The notes below the pieces were generated by a model. That model was not told the DNA's origin, made no database searches, and saw only the letters and a list, made by a program, of their open reading frames with translations. A stretch of DNA of 64,000 nt from an uncultured delta proteobacterium (GTDB taxonomy: Bacteria > Myxococcota_A > Polyangia > Polyangiales > Polyangiaceae): the NCBI GenBank assembly GCA_963716725.1, contig CAVQUB010000011.1:32001-96000 (forward strand), in the 5' to 3' direction. The position numbers were made by a program, and so were the translations under genes. Of the stretch, positions 49,190-58,144 are shown piece after piece (the first letter of the stretch is position 1; each line of letters opens with the position of its first letter).

Positions 49190-50515
49190 CTACTCCGCTT
49201 CCGGAATCAGCTCGAGCAGGGCGTCCGCCAGGGCCCTTCCGAGCCGCTCGTAGCCTCCCGGAGCCAGGTGCACTCGATCCGCCGCCGCCAGGGGCGGTTT
49301 TTCCTTCATCCAGCGCGCGAAGCCGCCTTCCCCACCCATGGCGGCCCAGGCGCTGAAGTGGGCGCATCCGAGCCGCGTCGCCGTGCGCGCCGCGATCTGA
49401 TCGAACTCGACGACCCGCGGCGCGCTCTTTCCGTCGAGCGTGGCCATGTCCGGAGGCCCCAAGATCAGGCAGTCGGCCTGGGACGTCGCCGCCCGAATCC
49501 TGAGCACCAGATCTTCCAAGGTCTTCTCGTAACGCGTCGCCGAGAGCGTCGACGCTGCTTCGTTGGTCCCGTACGCGATGACGACCAGAGCCGGCCGCCG
49601 ATCGCTCAGCGCGGCAGCCCACTCGCTCTCATTCCAAGCCAGCGGCGTGGACGCACGCGCGCCGTTGATGCCCAAGGTGTCGAGCACCACCCCTGGCGCC
49701 ACGGTCTCCACGACCACACCGAACACCTCGGGGGCGCCGCCGCTCACGCCGATGTCCAAGGCAGCGGTCGCGCTGCTCTCGATGTCGTGAACTCGTAGCG
49801 CACCGACGGCCCGTCCCGACTTCGCCGTTGCATGCTCGACCTGCGGGGTGCCGCGAATGGAGAGCCGCAGCCGATCGGGTCCCTTCGCGCGATACCAGAG
49901 CGAGTACCGCGTCTTGCCCGTCGAGGCTGATTTCGAAAGCTCTACACTGGCGCGGGCGTCGGCGCTCACCGGCACGGCGCGCAATCCCGAGAGCCCAAAA
50001 ACGCCATCCAACTGCTTCATGCTGCCCGCGGGTGACGATGGCTCGCGGCGCCAGTTTCCCTCGCGCACGACCTTGAGCAGCGCGTGCCGATAGGGCTCGA
50101 CCCCGAGCTGAACGAAGCCCGGACCGCCGTTGCCGAATCGTTCTTGGAGCGGACGCCGAACCGCGTGGGTGAAGTAGTCCGCGGCGGTGTGGGAGTCGCC
50201 GAGCCAGACGATGCGTACGTGAGGCCCCTGTTCCTTGTTCTTGCCCAGCGCCCGCAGCGCGGCCTGAAGTCGAGGAAGCGGCAGGCCGCCGGGCCGCGGT
50301 GCCTCCGCGTCGACGGGCAGCACCGCCGCTGACGCCGACAACTCCGGGCTGCTGGCCTCCGGTGGGGTCGCGCTCGCCGCGACGGGTGAGGCCGGGCGAG
50401 GGGGCGCTTCAGGCGCCGGCGGGGCCACGGTTCCCGCCGCGCAGGTCAGCGCGATGGCGGCAGCGACCAAGGAGGTCCCCAGGGAAACGCCCAGCGAATT
50501 TCCAGCCGTCGTCAA
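49190..50515 (-). CDS. SGNH/GDSL hydrolase-family envelope protein
   Basis: Signal/lipoprotein-like N-terminus; WLGDSHT, GINGA, YGTNE, DRVHL. Confidence 0.82.
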   Translation of the reverse strand: MTTAGNSLGVSLGTSLVAAAIALTCAAGTVAPPAPEAPPRPASPVAASATPPEASSPELSASAAVLPVDAEAPRPGGLPLPRLQAALRALGKNKEQGPHVRIVWLGDSHTAADYFTHAVRRPLQERFGNGGPGFVQLGVEPYRHALLKVVREGNWRREPSSPAGSMKQLDGVFGLSGLRAVPVSADARASVELSKSASTGKTRYSLWYRAKGPDRLRLSIRGTPQVEHATAKSGRAVGALRVHDIESSATAALDIGVSGGAPEVFGVVVETVAPGVVLDTLGINGARASTPLAWNESEWAAALSDRRPALVVIAYGTNEAASTLSATRYEKTLEDLVLRIRAATSQADCLILGPPDMATLDGKSAPRVVEFDQIAARTATRLGCAHFSAWAAMGGEGGFARWMKEKPPLAAADRVHLAPGGYERLGRALADALLELIPEAE

Positions 50516-51642
50516 AACAGCGCGTCTTCCACTTCGCCGGCTCGCTCCGGCTTGTTCTGGATCCGGCGTTCTTGCACTCGATCGCGGACGTGAGCGACCA
50601 GCGTGTCCACGTAGCTCTCGAAGGGGGGGCAGCGAATCGACGATTCTCTCAAGATCTCGTCGCTGTTGCGGGTGTCGTAGCGCACCGGCGTCGCCAACAT
50701 CTCGACGAAGGCTCGCGGGCTCTTCGCCAACAGGCCGAGCCCCGGCGCCGAGAGCAGCGCCTTGGTGACTCGAGTGGGGATGAAGCCGCCCGGAAGGCGC
50801 TTGCCACCGCTGGCCGCGACCAACTCGAACACCCTCCGCACGGTGAGCGGCCGCGGATCTGCCAAATGAAAGGTGCGACCGATGGCCTTGGGGTGCCGAC
50901 CGATGAAGTGCGCGGCGCGAACGACGTAGTCGATGGGAACCAGGTGCAGGAGCGCGTCACCCCGCGCAGGCAACGGCACCGGGAGGTCTTGCGGTGACGT
51001 GACCAAGAGCAAGACCAAGAGATAAGGCCCGTCGAAGCGCTCGATCTCGCCGGTCGCGGAGTCCCCGACCACCCACGTCGGACGGATGACGATCAGGGGC
51101 AACCCGGGCAACGCTCCCCGCGCCAGACGTTCCGCCCGCGCCAGCGTCTCTTCGACGTGGGAGCGGAAGGTCTGCCCCGCGGCGAGATCGTCCTCGAGCA
51201 CCAGCCCCTCGCGGTTGCCGCTGACCAGCGCCGTCGAGTGAACGACGATGGACCGCATGTTCTTGCAGCAGCGTCCGAGCTCGATGACCTCGCGCATCGC
51301 CCCGATGTTCGTCGCCTCGGTGATCTCGCGTCGGACGCCCTCGAAGGTGACCTGCGCCAGGTGATGCACGCGATCGACCTCCGAGCCCAGGGTCCGATAT
51401 TCGGCGCCGCTCAGCCCGAGATCCATGGCGGCGGCGTCGCCTTCGATGAGCACGATCCGCTCGCGCAGCGCCTGAGGAAGTCGCGCCAACGCAGCGTTGG
51501 CCTCCTTTTCCAGCTGCTGGCGCACCACCAGGTACAAAAGCGTCCGGCTCTCGACCGAGGCGATGTACTCCACCATCTTCCGCGCTCGGAAGTTGGGAAA
51601 CCCGGTGACGAGCGTGACCTCGTCGTAGCCGCGTCGCGCCAA
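50512..51642 (-). CDS. Extended SDR / thioester-reductase-like protein with degenerate catalytic motifs
   Basis: LVTGFPNFRA, EGD....LGLS, VHHLA, N..., IRP..VVGDS.TGE...FDGPY, VPIDYV. Confidence 0.8.
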   Translation of the reverse strand: MARRGYDEVTLVTGFPNFRARKMVEYIASVESRTLLYLVVRQQLEKEANAALARLPQALRERIVLIEGDAAAMDLGLSGAEYRTLGSEVDRVHHLAQVTFEGVRREITEATNIGAMREVIELGRCCKNMRSIVVHSTALVSGNREGLVLEDDLAAGQTFRSHVEETLARAERLARGALPGLPLIVIRPTWVVGDSATGEIERFDGPYLLVLLLVTSPQDLPVPLPARGDALLHLVPIDYVVRAAHFIGRHPKAIGRTFHLADPRPLTVRRVFELVAASGGKRLPGGFIPTRVTKALLSAPGLGLLAKSPRAFVEMLATPVRYDTRNSDEILRESSIRCPPFESYVDTLVAHVRDRVQERRIQNKPERAGEVEDALF

Positions 51643-51645
51643 GGG

Positions 51646-53265
51646 CTAGCCCCCGCCACAGTAGTGGCCGCCGACCTTGCCGAGCCACTGGCCCAGGTCG
51701 CCGCTCCACTCGCAAAAGCCTGCGGGGCCGGAGAGCGCCGCCTGCGCGCAGTAGTAACCGTTGACGTAGTCGCGACACGCACCACCCTGCGCGAAGAGCC
51801 CCTCCCGACACTGCTCGTCTTTGGTGGAGGGGCACTGGTTGCACGAGGTGCCGGAGCAGTCCACCGCGCAGGTGAGCGAGTGATTGCAAGAAGGCGTCAG
51901 GTAGGGCGCCAGGCAGCGCACGTAAGCCGCGTCCGTCGCGAATTGGATCAGGCAGTCGTAGCAGCCCGGGTCGCTGCCGAGGAGCTTCTGGAACGCGGGC
52001 CCGCAGTTTGGGTTCTCGCCCGGTCCCTTGCAGGCCGCGGCAACGGTAGCGAGCTCCGGAGCGCTGCAGGCCTTGTAGGACGCCGGCGGCGGCGTCACCG
52101 AGTTCGGCGCGCACCCCGCGTAGGCAGCCGGGCACACGCTGCCGGTGCCACAGACCTGCCCGCTGCACTGCTGACCCTTGGAGCCGCAGTTGTCACAAAG
52201 CCCGCCGTACTGCCCGCAGAATTGGTTGGTAGCTCCGTTGCGACATTGGCCGGTCGCGTCGCAGCAGCCCGCGCAGTTGTCCGAGCCGCAGTGCGGCCCG
52301 TCGTAGCAAAAGCCTTGCGGTGCGCATTTGAGACCCGCAGCCGCGCAGTCCCAACACTTGGTCCCGCTCACTCCGCACTCGATGTTCGCGTTGCCGTCCT
52401 TGCACTGACCCTGCGCATCACAACACCCGCTCGGGCAGGTGAGCGCACCGCAGGTCGGGACGTAAGCGCAATAGCCACCGGGAACCGAACACTTCTTGGG
52501 GGCGACGCAGGCTTCGCAGGCCTTGCCAGCAGCGCCGCAGGTCCCGTTTTGGGTCCCGAGCAAACAAGTACCCGCCGGATCGCAACACCCTCCGCAGGTG
52601 CCGGGGCCGCACTTGGGTGGTGGCCCCTGGCACTTGCCGCCGCTGCATCCCTGCGCCTTTGCGAGACAGTTGTCGCACGCGCCGCCAGCCTGGCCGCAGG
52701 CGTCGGACTCGACGCCGTTTCGACAGGCGCCCTTGGCGTCACAGCACCCGCTGCAGTTGCTCGGGCCGCACTTCGGCGGAGTGCCCTGGCAACTGCCACC
52801 GACGCAACCGAAACCGACCTGCCCGCAGTCGAAGCACGCAACGCCAGTCTTGCCGCAGGCGTTGGTCTCGTCACCCTTGCGGCACAGCCCGGCCGCATCA
52901 CAGCACCCGTCGCAGGGCCCGCAGCCCGGCGTACCGCCGAAGCCACCGGTCCCGCCGCCGCCATCGCCGGAGACACCGCCATCGCCGGAGACACCGCCAT
53001 CGCCGGAGACACCGCCATCGCCGGAGACGCCGCCGATGCCGCCGCCGCCAAAGCCGCCGCCGCCAAAGCCGCCGCCGCCAAAGCCGCCGCCGCCGAAGCC
53101 GCCGCCCGTACCCCCAGTCCCTGCCGCACCATCTTGAAGCGGCGCGGTCTCGTCGATGTCGAGGGGGCTACGTCCGCAGCCGCTCGGGGCGACTGCGATC
53201 CCCATGCAGAGCACGACGGTGGTCGTCAGGACGCTCTCGAGGGTCAGCGTGTCACGACGCACCAT
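51646..53265 (-). CDS. Cys-rich repeat lipoprotein
   Basis: Lipobox-like PSGC, Gly-rich linker, five C.GCCD..G.C..G.....CG..G..C..C repeats, Cys-rich C-terminal domain. Confidence 0.8.
   Translation of the reverse strand: MVRRDTLTLESVLTTTVVLCMGIAVAPSGCGRSPLDIDETAPLQDGAAGTGGTGGGFGGGGFGGGGFGGGGFGGGGIGGVSGDGGVSGDGGVSGDGGVSGDGGGGTGGFGGTPGCGPCDGCCDAAGLCRKGDETNACGKTGVACFDCGQVGFGCVGGSCQGTPPKCGPSNCSGCCDAKGACRNGVESDACGQAGGACDNCLAKAQGCSGGKCQGPPPKCGPGTCGGCCDPAGTCLLGTQNGTCGAAGKACEACVAPKKCSVPGGYCAYVPTCGALTCPSGCCDAQGQCKDGNANIECGVSGTKCWDCAAAGLKCAPQGFCYDGPHCGSDNCAGCCDATGQCRNGATNQFCGQYGGLCDNCGSKGQQCSGQVCGTGSVCPAAYAGCAPNSVTPPPASYKACSAPELATVAAACKGPGENPNCGPAFQKLLGSDPGCYDCLIQFATDAAYVRCLAPYLTPSCNHSLTCAVDCSGTSCNQCPSTKDEQCREGLFAQGGACRDYVNGYYCAQAALSGPAGFCEWSGDLGQWLGKVGGHYCGGG
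52955..53105 (-). repeat. Adjacent 18-bp (GGVSGD) x4 and 15-bp (GGGFG) x4 tandem repeats
   Basis: Directly visible CCGCCATCGCCGGAGACA and CCGCCGCCGCCAAAG units. Confidence 0.85.
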
Positions 53266-53285
53266 GGCGCAAGTCTAGCGCAAGT

Positions 53286-55016
53286 TCACTGACCGAGCGC
53301 GACGCTCTTGAGCACCATCTCGAGGCCAGCTTGATCCGCTTCTGCGCGCAAAAATCCCGTTGTCCCCCGCTTGCCAAAACTCACCACCAGCGGCGAACTC
53401 GGCGCCAGCACCGTTCCGCCGCCGAGCCTGAGCGGCTGCACCAAGACGACGAAGGCCGCGTCTTTGACGCGCCCGAGCGCCTGACTGACCTTCGCGTCGC
53501 TCTTGTGAGTCGCCTTGGGCTCCGCTTCCGCCCCAAAGAGAGCGCCAAGGACTGGCACCGCGTCGAACGAAGCGGCTCCGAGCACACGACCGTTGGCGTG
53601 CGCCCACAACAGCTCGACGTTTTGCGTCTCCGTGCTGACCTTTCCGGTCTTGTCGCTGGCGGCTCGCATCGCCGTCGGCTTGAGCTGCACGAGCGCGCGC
53701 TGCGTGGTACCCGGGACTCCCGGCACTTGAGCGGTGCTTTGCTTGACGGTCATCTCCCCGGCGAACTGCCGCAGCGGTTCGGCGAGCGCCCGAACGGTGA
53801 GTAGCTTGAACAAGTCCTTCGCTCCCGCGTCGAAGCTCTTCGGATCGCTGACCAGCGCGCGATAGACGAGCCCGCCCTTGCCCTTGTCCAGGTACACGCC
53901 GTAGGTCTCCCAGTCGCCACGGCCCTCGGACAACTTCTCGAGTACGGCCTTGACCTTCTCGCGATCGGGCGCGGTCAAGCGATCGCCGAAGAGACCAGCG
54001 ACGCCTTCGTTCATGCTCTTGGCAGACGCCTGTCGAGTTGCAGCCGAGGTGCGGTTGAGCACCACGATGGGCGTCGACACCGGCAGGGCGGTGATCGGCT
54101 CGGCATCGCCGACGGCGAGCGCCGCGACGAGATCGGCCGCCGCGCCCTGCTCCTCCGCGTCGAGCTCGACGTTGACCTCCAGCCGATCTCCATGCGGCTC
54201 CACGACGATGCGCCCCGAAGCAGCGCTCTGAAGCAAGTTGATGAAACCGTCGATGGTGCCCGACAACCCTGCGAGCGCCGCTCGGGGATCACCGAAGTCG
54301 GGTGCCCGGCCGCCGTGCTTCTGGCGGTTGACGTCGTCGAGCTTGGACAGCTCCGCTTGCTTGCCCTTCCACGCCTCGCGGATCGCTTGCGCGACGGGTC
54401 CTGAGAGCGCCCTTTTTTCCAGCGAAACCAGCACGGGCACCTGCGGCGCGGGCTGCTTGGGCAGGGTTCGGGCTGCGTACGGCCCGGCCTGGGTGAGCGC
54501 CGACGCCTCGCGCCCCGCGAGCAGGTAGTTGCCCAGGACGCCGAGAGCAACACCCGTGGGAGCCTTGCCGGGTTTCGCTTCGAGCAGGGTGATTCCCGAC
54601 GCAGAGTCCTCGCGCGCGGAGTAGATCGCGTCGCCGCCAGCGCTCAGGCGCGTCACCAAGTCGCGTCCGCTGCGCACGTGGATGGCGATGGCAATCTCCA
54701 AGTTGCCCTTGTCGTCGGAGAGCGCCGCACCCGTCAGGGCCACGTCGGCGTCGATGGCGTCGGCCGCCGCCGCCGGCAGCCCGAGGAACGTGGACACCAG
54801 CAAGCCGAAGCTCTGCGGCAACAGCCGCGCCGGTCCGCCGCCCGTCTCTCGCAGCTTTGCCCAGGTCTCGCCGGGCTTGCCGACCGTGAGCGTCGCCGCG
54901 AGATTTGCGGGCTTGGGCACCGGCGACAGCTCGACGCTGACGGCCGCTGCATCCGCCGAGGGCTGGGGTTTGTCGTTGCACGCCGGGAGCGCGAGGCACA
55001 CCGCCGCGGTCGACAC
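53286..55016 (-). CDS. Hypothetical lipoprotein
   Basis: Lipobox LPAC followed by ~560 aa alpha/beta region; start uncertain. Confidence 0.65.
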   Translation of the reverse strand: MSTAAVCLALPACNDKPQPSADAAAVSVELSPVPKPANLAATLTVGKPGETWAKLRETGGGPARLLPQSFGLLVSTFLGLPAAAADAIDADVALTGAALSDDKGNLEIAIAIHVRSGRDLVTRLSAGGDAIYSAREDSASGITLLEAKPGKAPTGVALGVLGNYLLAGREASALTQAGPYAARTLPKQPAPQVPVLVSLEKRALSGPVAQAIREAWKGKQAELSKLDDVNRQKHGGRAPDFGDPRAALAGLSGTIDGFINLLQSAASGRIVVEPHGDRLEVNVELDAEEQGAAADLVAALAVGDAEPITALPVSTPIVVLNRTSAATRQASAKSMNEGVAGLFGDRLTAPDREKVKAVLEKLSEGRGDWETYGVYLDKGKGGLVYRALVSDPKSFDAGAKDLFKLLTVRALAEPLRQFAGEMTVKQSTAQVPGVPGTTQRALVQLKPTAMRAASDKTGKVSTETQNVELLWAHANGRVLGAASFDAVPVLGALFGAEAEPKATHKSDAKVSQALGRVKDAAFVVLVQPLRLGGGTVLAPSSPLVVSFGKRGTTGFLRAEADQAGLEMVLKSVALGQ

Positions 55017-55047
55017 CAGCCACGCCAGCCGCCCGCGCCAGCGACCG

Positions 55048-55563
55048 TCAGAACGGGATGTCGTCGTCGCCGCCGCCACCGCCACCGCCGTAGTCCGCAT
55101 CATCGTAGCCGCCGCTCGGCGCCGCCGGTGCTTGGTCATCGGCGGGACCATAGTCGTCCCGAGCGCCGCCGCCACCTCCGCCGCCGCCGCCCCCGCGACC
55201 GCCACCGCCGCCACCGCCGCCGCCGCCACCCCCGCTGCCAGCCAGGATGATGTTACTCGCGACGATTTCGGTGCGGTAACGCTTGTTGCCCTCGCGGTCG
55301 TCGTAGCTCGAGGTCCGCAAGCCGCCCTCGATGAACAGGCGGGATCCCTTGGTCAGGAACTTCCCGAGGGCCTCCGCGCGCTTTCCCCAGACCACGACGT
55401 TGTGCCACTCGGTCTTCTCTTGGCGCACCCGGTTCTTGTCGAGATAGGTTTCGCTGGTCGCGAGCCTCATCTTCAGAACGGACTGTCCTGTAGTGGTGAC
55501 CCGAAGCTCCGGATCGGCCCCGAGATTCCCGAGCAACAACACGCGGTTCAGACCTTCAGCCAT
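55048..55563 (-). CDS. ssb: Single-stranded DNA-binding protein
   Basis: NRVLLLGNLGADPELR, TEWHNVVVWGK, Gly-rich linker, C-terminal DDDIPF. Confidence 0.97.
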   Translation of the reverse strand: MAEGLNRVLLLGNLGADPELRVTTTGQSVLKMRLATSETYLDKNRVRQEKTEWHNVVVWGKRAEALGKFLTKGSRLFIEGGLRTSSYDDREGNKRYRTEIVASNIILAGSGGGGGGGGGGGGRGGGGGGGGGGARDDYGPADDQAPAAPSGGYDDADYGGGGGGGDDDIPF

Positions 55564-55622
55564 CCGTCGGCACTCCTCGTCACCCCCGGCCTCGGGGATG
55601 TGTGTCCGACGGGTGTGGTCGT

Positions 55623-56036
55623 TCAGCCGGAAGGAGTCAAGCGCCGGGCGGACAGAAAACGCCCGTCCCCGCCCGCGTCGCGGTCTTCACCCAGCTCGGC
55701 GAGCATGGCGACGACGTCGCCGCGCAGGCCGATCAGCGTCTGGCGCACATTCGGTAACTCCGGCGCCGGGGTCGGCGGCGGCGCGGGCTCGTCGTTGGTG
55801 GAGCGGAGGCGTTTCCGCGCGCCAGCGATGGTGAAACCGTGAGAGTAGAGCAGGTCCTTGACCTTCAGCAGCTTCTCGACGTCGCGACGCGAGTAGACCC
55901 GCTGGCCCTTGGCGCTCTTGCTCGGCCGGATGGACCGGAACTCGGTCTCCCAGTACCGGAGTACGTGAGGCTCGACCCCCACGATCTCGGCGACTTCGCC
56001 GATCCGGTAGTAGAGCTTCACCGGAAGGTCGGCCAC
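55623..56036 (-). CDS. MerR-family transcriptional regulator (ihfA-associated type)
   Basis: KLYYRIGEV......PHVLRYWETEF, R.Y...D, LLY..GFTIAGA. Confidence 0.92.
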   Translation of the reverse strand: MADLPVKLYYRIGEVAEIVGVEPHVLRYWETEFRSIRPSKSAKGQRVYSRRDVEKLLKVKDLLYSHGFTIAGARKRLRSTNDEPAPPPTPAPELPNVRQTLIGLRGDVVAMLAELGEDRDAGGDGRFLSARRLTPSG

Positions 56037-56043
56037 CGGAGGC

Positions 56044-56376
56044 TCAGCCCTTCTCGGCTTCGGCTGAAGGCTGGGCCGCAGGCGAGTCTCCCGGGCGGTC
56101 GTCGTTCAGCGCTTGCTTGAGCAGCTGGCTGGCTTTGAAGTTCAGCACGCGACGCTCGGTGATCACGATGGGATCGCCGGTCTGCGGGTTTCTGCCCTGA
56201 CGCTGCCGCTTGTCACGCAGGACGAAGTTTCCGAAGCCCGAGATCTTGATCTTCTCGCCGCGCCCCAGCGTCTCTTTCATGGTCTCGAACACCAGGTCCA
56301 CCAGATCGGCGGACTCTTTCTTCGAGAAGCCCCCGAGGCGCGCGTACACGGTCTGGACGATGTCGGCCTTGGTCAT
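56044..56376 (-). CDS. ihfA: Integration host factor subunit alpha
   Basis: MTKADI, GEKIKISGFGNF.LRDK..R.GRNPQTG..I.I..RRV..FKAS..LK; followed by the merR gene as usual for ihfA. Confidence 0.92.
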   Translation of the reverse strand: MTKADIVQTVYARLGGFSKKESADLVDLVFETMKETLGRGEKIKISGFGNFVLRDKRQRQGRNPQTGDPIVITERRVLNFKASQLLKQALNDDRPGDSPAAQPSAEAEKG

Positions 56377-56535
56377 TGCCTTCCCCCTTCGTGTTCGTGC
56401 CCGGCTGGACAGAGCGCCCCGGCCAGGCCGAAGCACGGTCGTCAGGGTAGGGTCATCCTACAGTGGCCGAACGGAAAGTCCATGACAATCGCGAGGGTAA
56501 GCCCCCAGCCGCATCGCGCCCGAGGGCGCTCTCGA

Positions 56536-58050
56536 TCACGCAGCGCGGGACAGAACGGGCTGCTCCACGGCCTCTGCCGGTGGCTCGGACGCGCGCGCGA
56601 TGGTGGCGGCGCGGCGGCCTGCCACCTGCTCGGCGACCACCAGCCACGCCACGTAGGAATAGCCGACCATGAACAGCGAGGCGAAGGGCGCCGCGAACCA
56701 GTGTCGGGTCTCGATCGACGTCGCCACGCTGGCAGCGCTCAGGACGGCGAGCCCAATCTCGAGCCAGGGCAGCTCCGCATGCTGGCGGTAGCGCCCTGCG
56801 ATGATGCCCTTCTTGGGCGTGCGGACGAACTCGCCCGACATGCTTCGTAGTCCCTCGTAGACCGCCCGGGAGAGGTGCGGCGCGAGGCCGGCTCCCAGCG
56901 CGATGAGCAGCGGCAGGCGTCGCACCGCGTCCCACACCGAGCGACCCTGGGACCGCTCGGCGACGATGTAGAAGGTCGCCAGCGAGCCGGTAGCGCCGAA
57001 GCAGAGCGGGAGGTCGACGATCAGCATCATGCGTGGGTCCGTCGCCGGCATGAGGATCAACGCCGGCAGGAGCAGCACCGACAGCAGCACCATCAGCGGA
57101 TAGGCGAAGTGCGGGGTCAGGTGGAAGAACGCCTCGAGCCGCTGCGAGAAGCCCAGCTGCGACCTCATCACTCGGCCCAACAGCTTGCGGGCGGTCTGGA
57201 CCGTGCCCTTCGCCCAGCGGAACTGCTGGGCCCGGAAAGCCGACATGTCCTCGGGCAGCTCGGCTGGGGTGATCACGTCCGGCCGGTAGACGAAGCGCCA
57301 GCCCGCGAGCTGGGCGCGGTAGGACAGGTCCAGGTCTTCGGTGAGCGTGTCGTGCTGCCAGCCGCCGGCCGCGTGGATGGCGGCGCGGCGCCAGATCCCG
57401 CCCGTGCCGGAGAAGTTGAACATCAACCCGGCGCCGAATCGGGCGCGGTTCTCCACCAGGTGGTGGCCGTCGAGCATCAGGGCCTGGACGCTGGTGAGCA
57501 TGCTGTGGTCGCGGTTCATGTGCCCCCAGCGCGTCTGGACCATCCCGACCGTCGGGTCCAGGAAGTGCCCGGCGACATCGCGGAGGAAGTCCGGCTGCGG
57601 GATGAAGTCGGCGTCGAAGATCGCGATCAGCTCGCCCTTCGCTCGGTCGAGGCCGTAGTCGAGGGCACCCGCCTTGTAGCCGACGCGATCGGGCCGGCGG
57701 ATGTAGACCATGTCGATCCCACGGCGGCGGATCTCCGCGACCTTGGCCTCGGCGATGCTCCGCGTCTCGTCCGTCGAGTCATCGAGCACCTGGATCTCCA
57801 GCCGATCGTGCGGGTAGTCGAAGGTCGCCGCGGCCTCGAGCAACCGCGCCACCACCGTGGCCTCGTTGTAGAGGGGGAGTTGGACGGTGACCGACGGCAG
57901 ATCTGCGTCGGAGATCTCCGGTGTTTGAGCGGCCCGGGCCAGCGCCCGGCGGTTGCGGCCGACCAGCAGAACCAGGTGGGCGCGGTGAACGCCGTAGCCA
58001 CAGAGGAGGAGGAGAACGGCGAAGTAGAGAACGACGAGGGCAGTTTCCAT
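56536..58050 (-). CDS. Processive family-2 glycosyltransferase (cellulose-synthase-like, CslA/CslC-type)
   Basis: VQLPLYNE, DDSTD, GYKAGAL, FDADF, TEDLDL, QQFRW (D,D,D,QxxRW), F.RTPK, multiple TM helices. Confidence 0.9.
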   Translation of the reverse strand: METALVVLYFAVLLLLCGYGVHRAHLVLLVGRNRRALARAAQTPEISDADLPSVTVQLPLYNEATVVARLLEAAATFDYPHDRLEIQVLDDSTDETRSIAEAKVAEIRRRGIDMVYIRRPDRVGYKAGALDYGLDRAKGELIAIFDADFIPQPDFLRDVAGHFLDPTVGMVQTRWGHMNRDHSMLTSVQALMLDGHHLVENRARFGAGLMFNFSGTGGIWRRAAIHAAGGWQHDTLTEDLDLSYRAQLAGWRFVYRPDVITPAELPEDMSAFRAQQFRWAKGTVQTARKLLGRVMRSQLGFSQRLEAFFHLTPHFAYPLMVLLSVLLLPALILMPATDPRMMLIVDLPLCFGATGSLATFYIVAERSQGRSVWDAVRRLPLLIALGAGLAPHLSRAVYEGLRSMSGEFVRTPKKGIIAGRYRQHAELPWLEIGLAVLSAASVATSIETRHWFAAPFASLFMVGYSYVAWLVVAEQVAGRRAATIARASEPPAEAVEQPVLSRAA

Positions 58051-58144
58051 GCGTTACCGGTGTTCAGGTAACACCGGCACCCGGCGCTGATCGTCACGAC
58101 AATGTAATTTGTTGCATTGCGTTGTAGCGGCTTGTTTTACTCCG

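Noticed and set aside
53286..55229. 647-aa ORF start overlapping the ssb 3' end
   Set aside because: The extra N-terminal Ala-rich part is an alternative reading of the ssb Gly-rich linker; the lipoprotein signal points to a start near 55016
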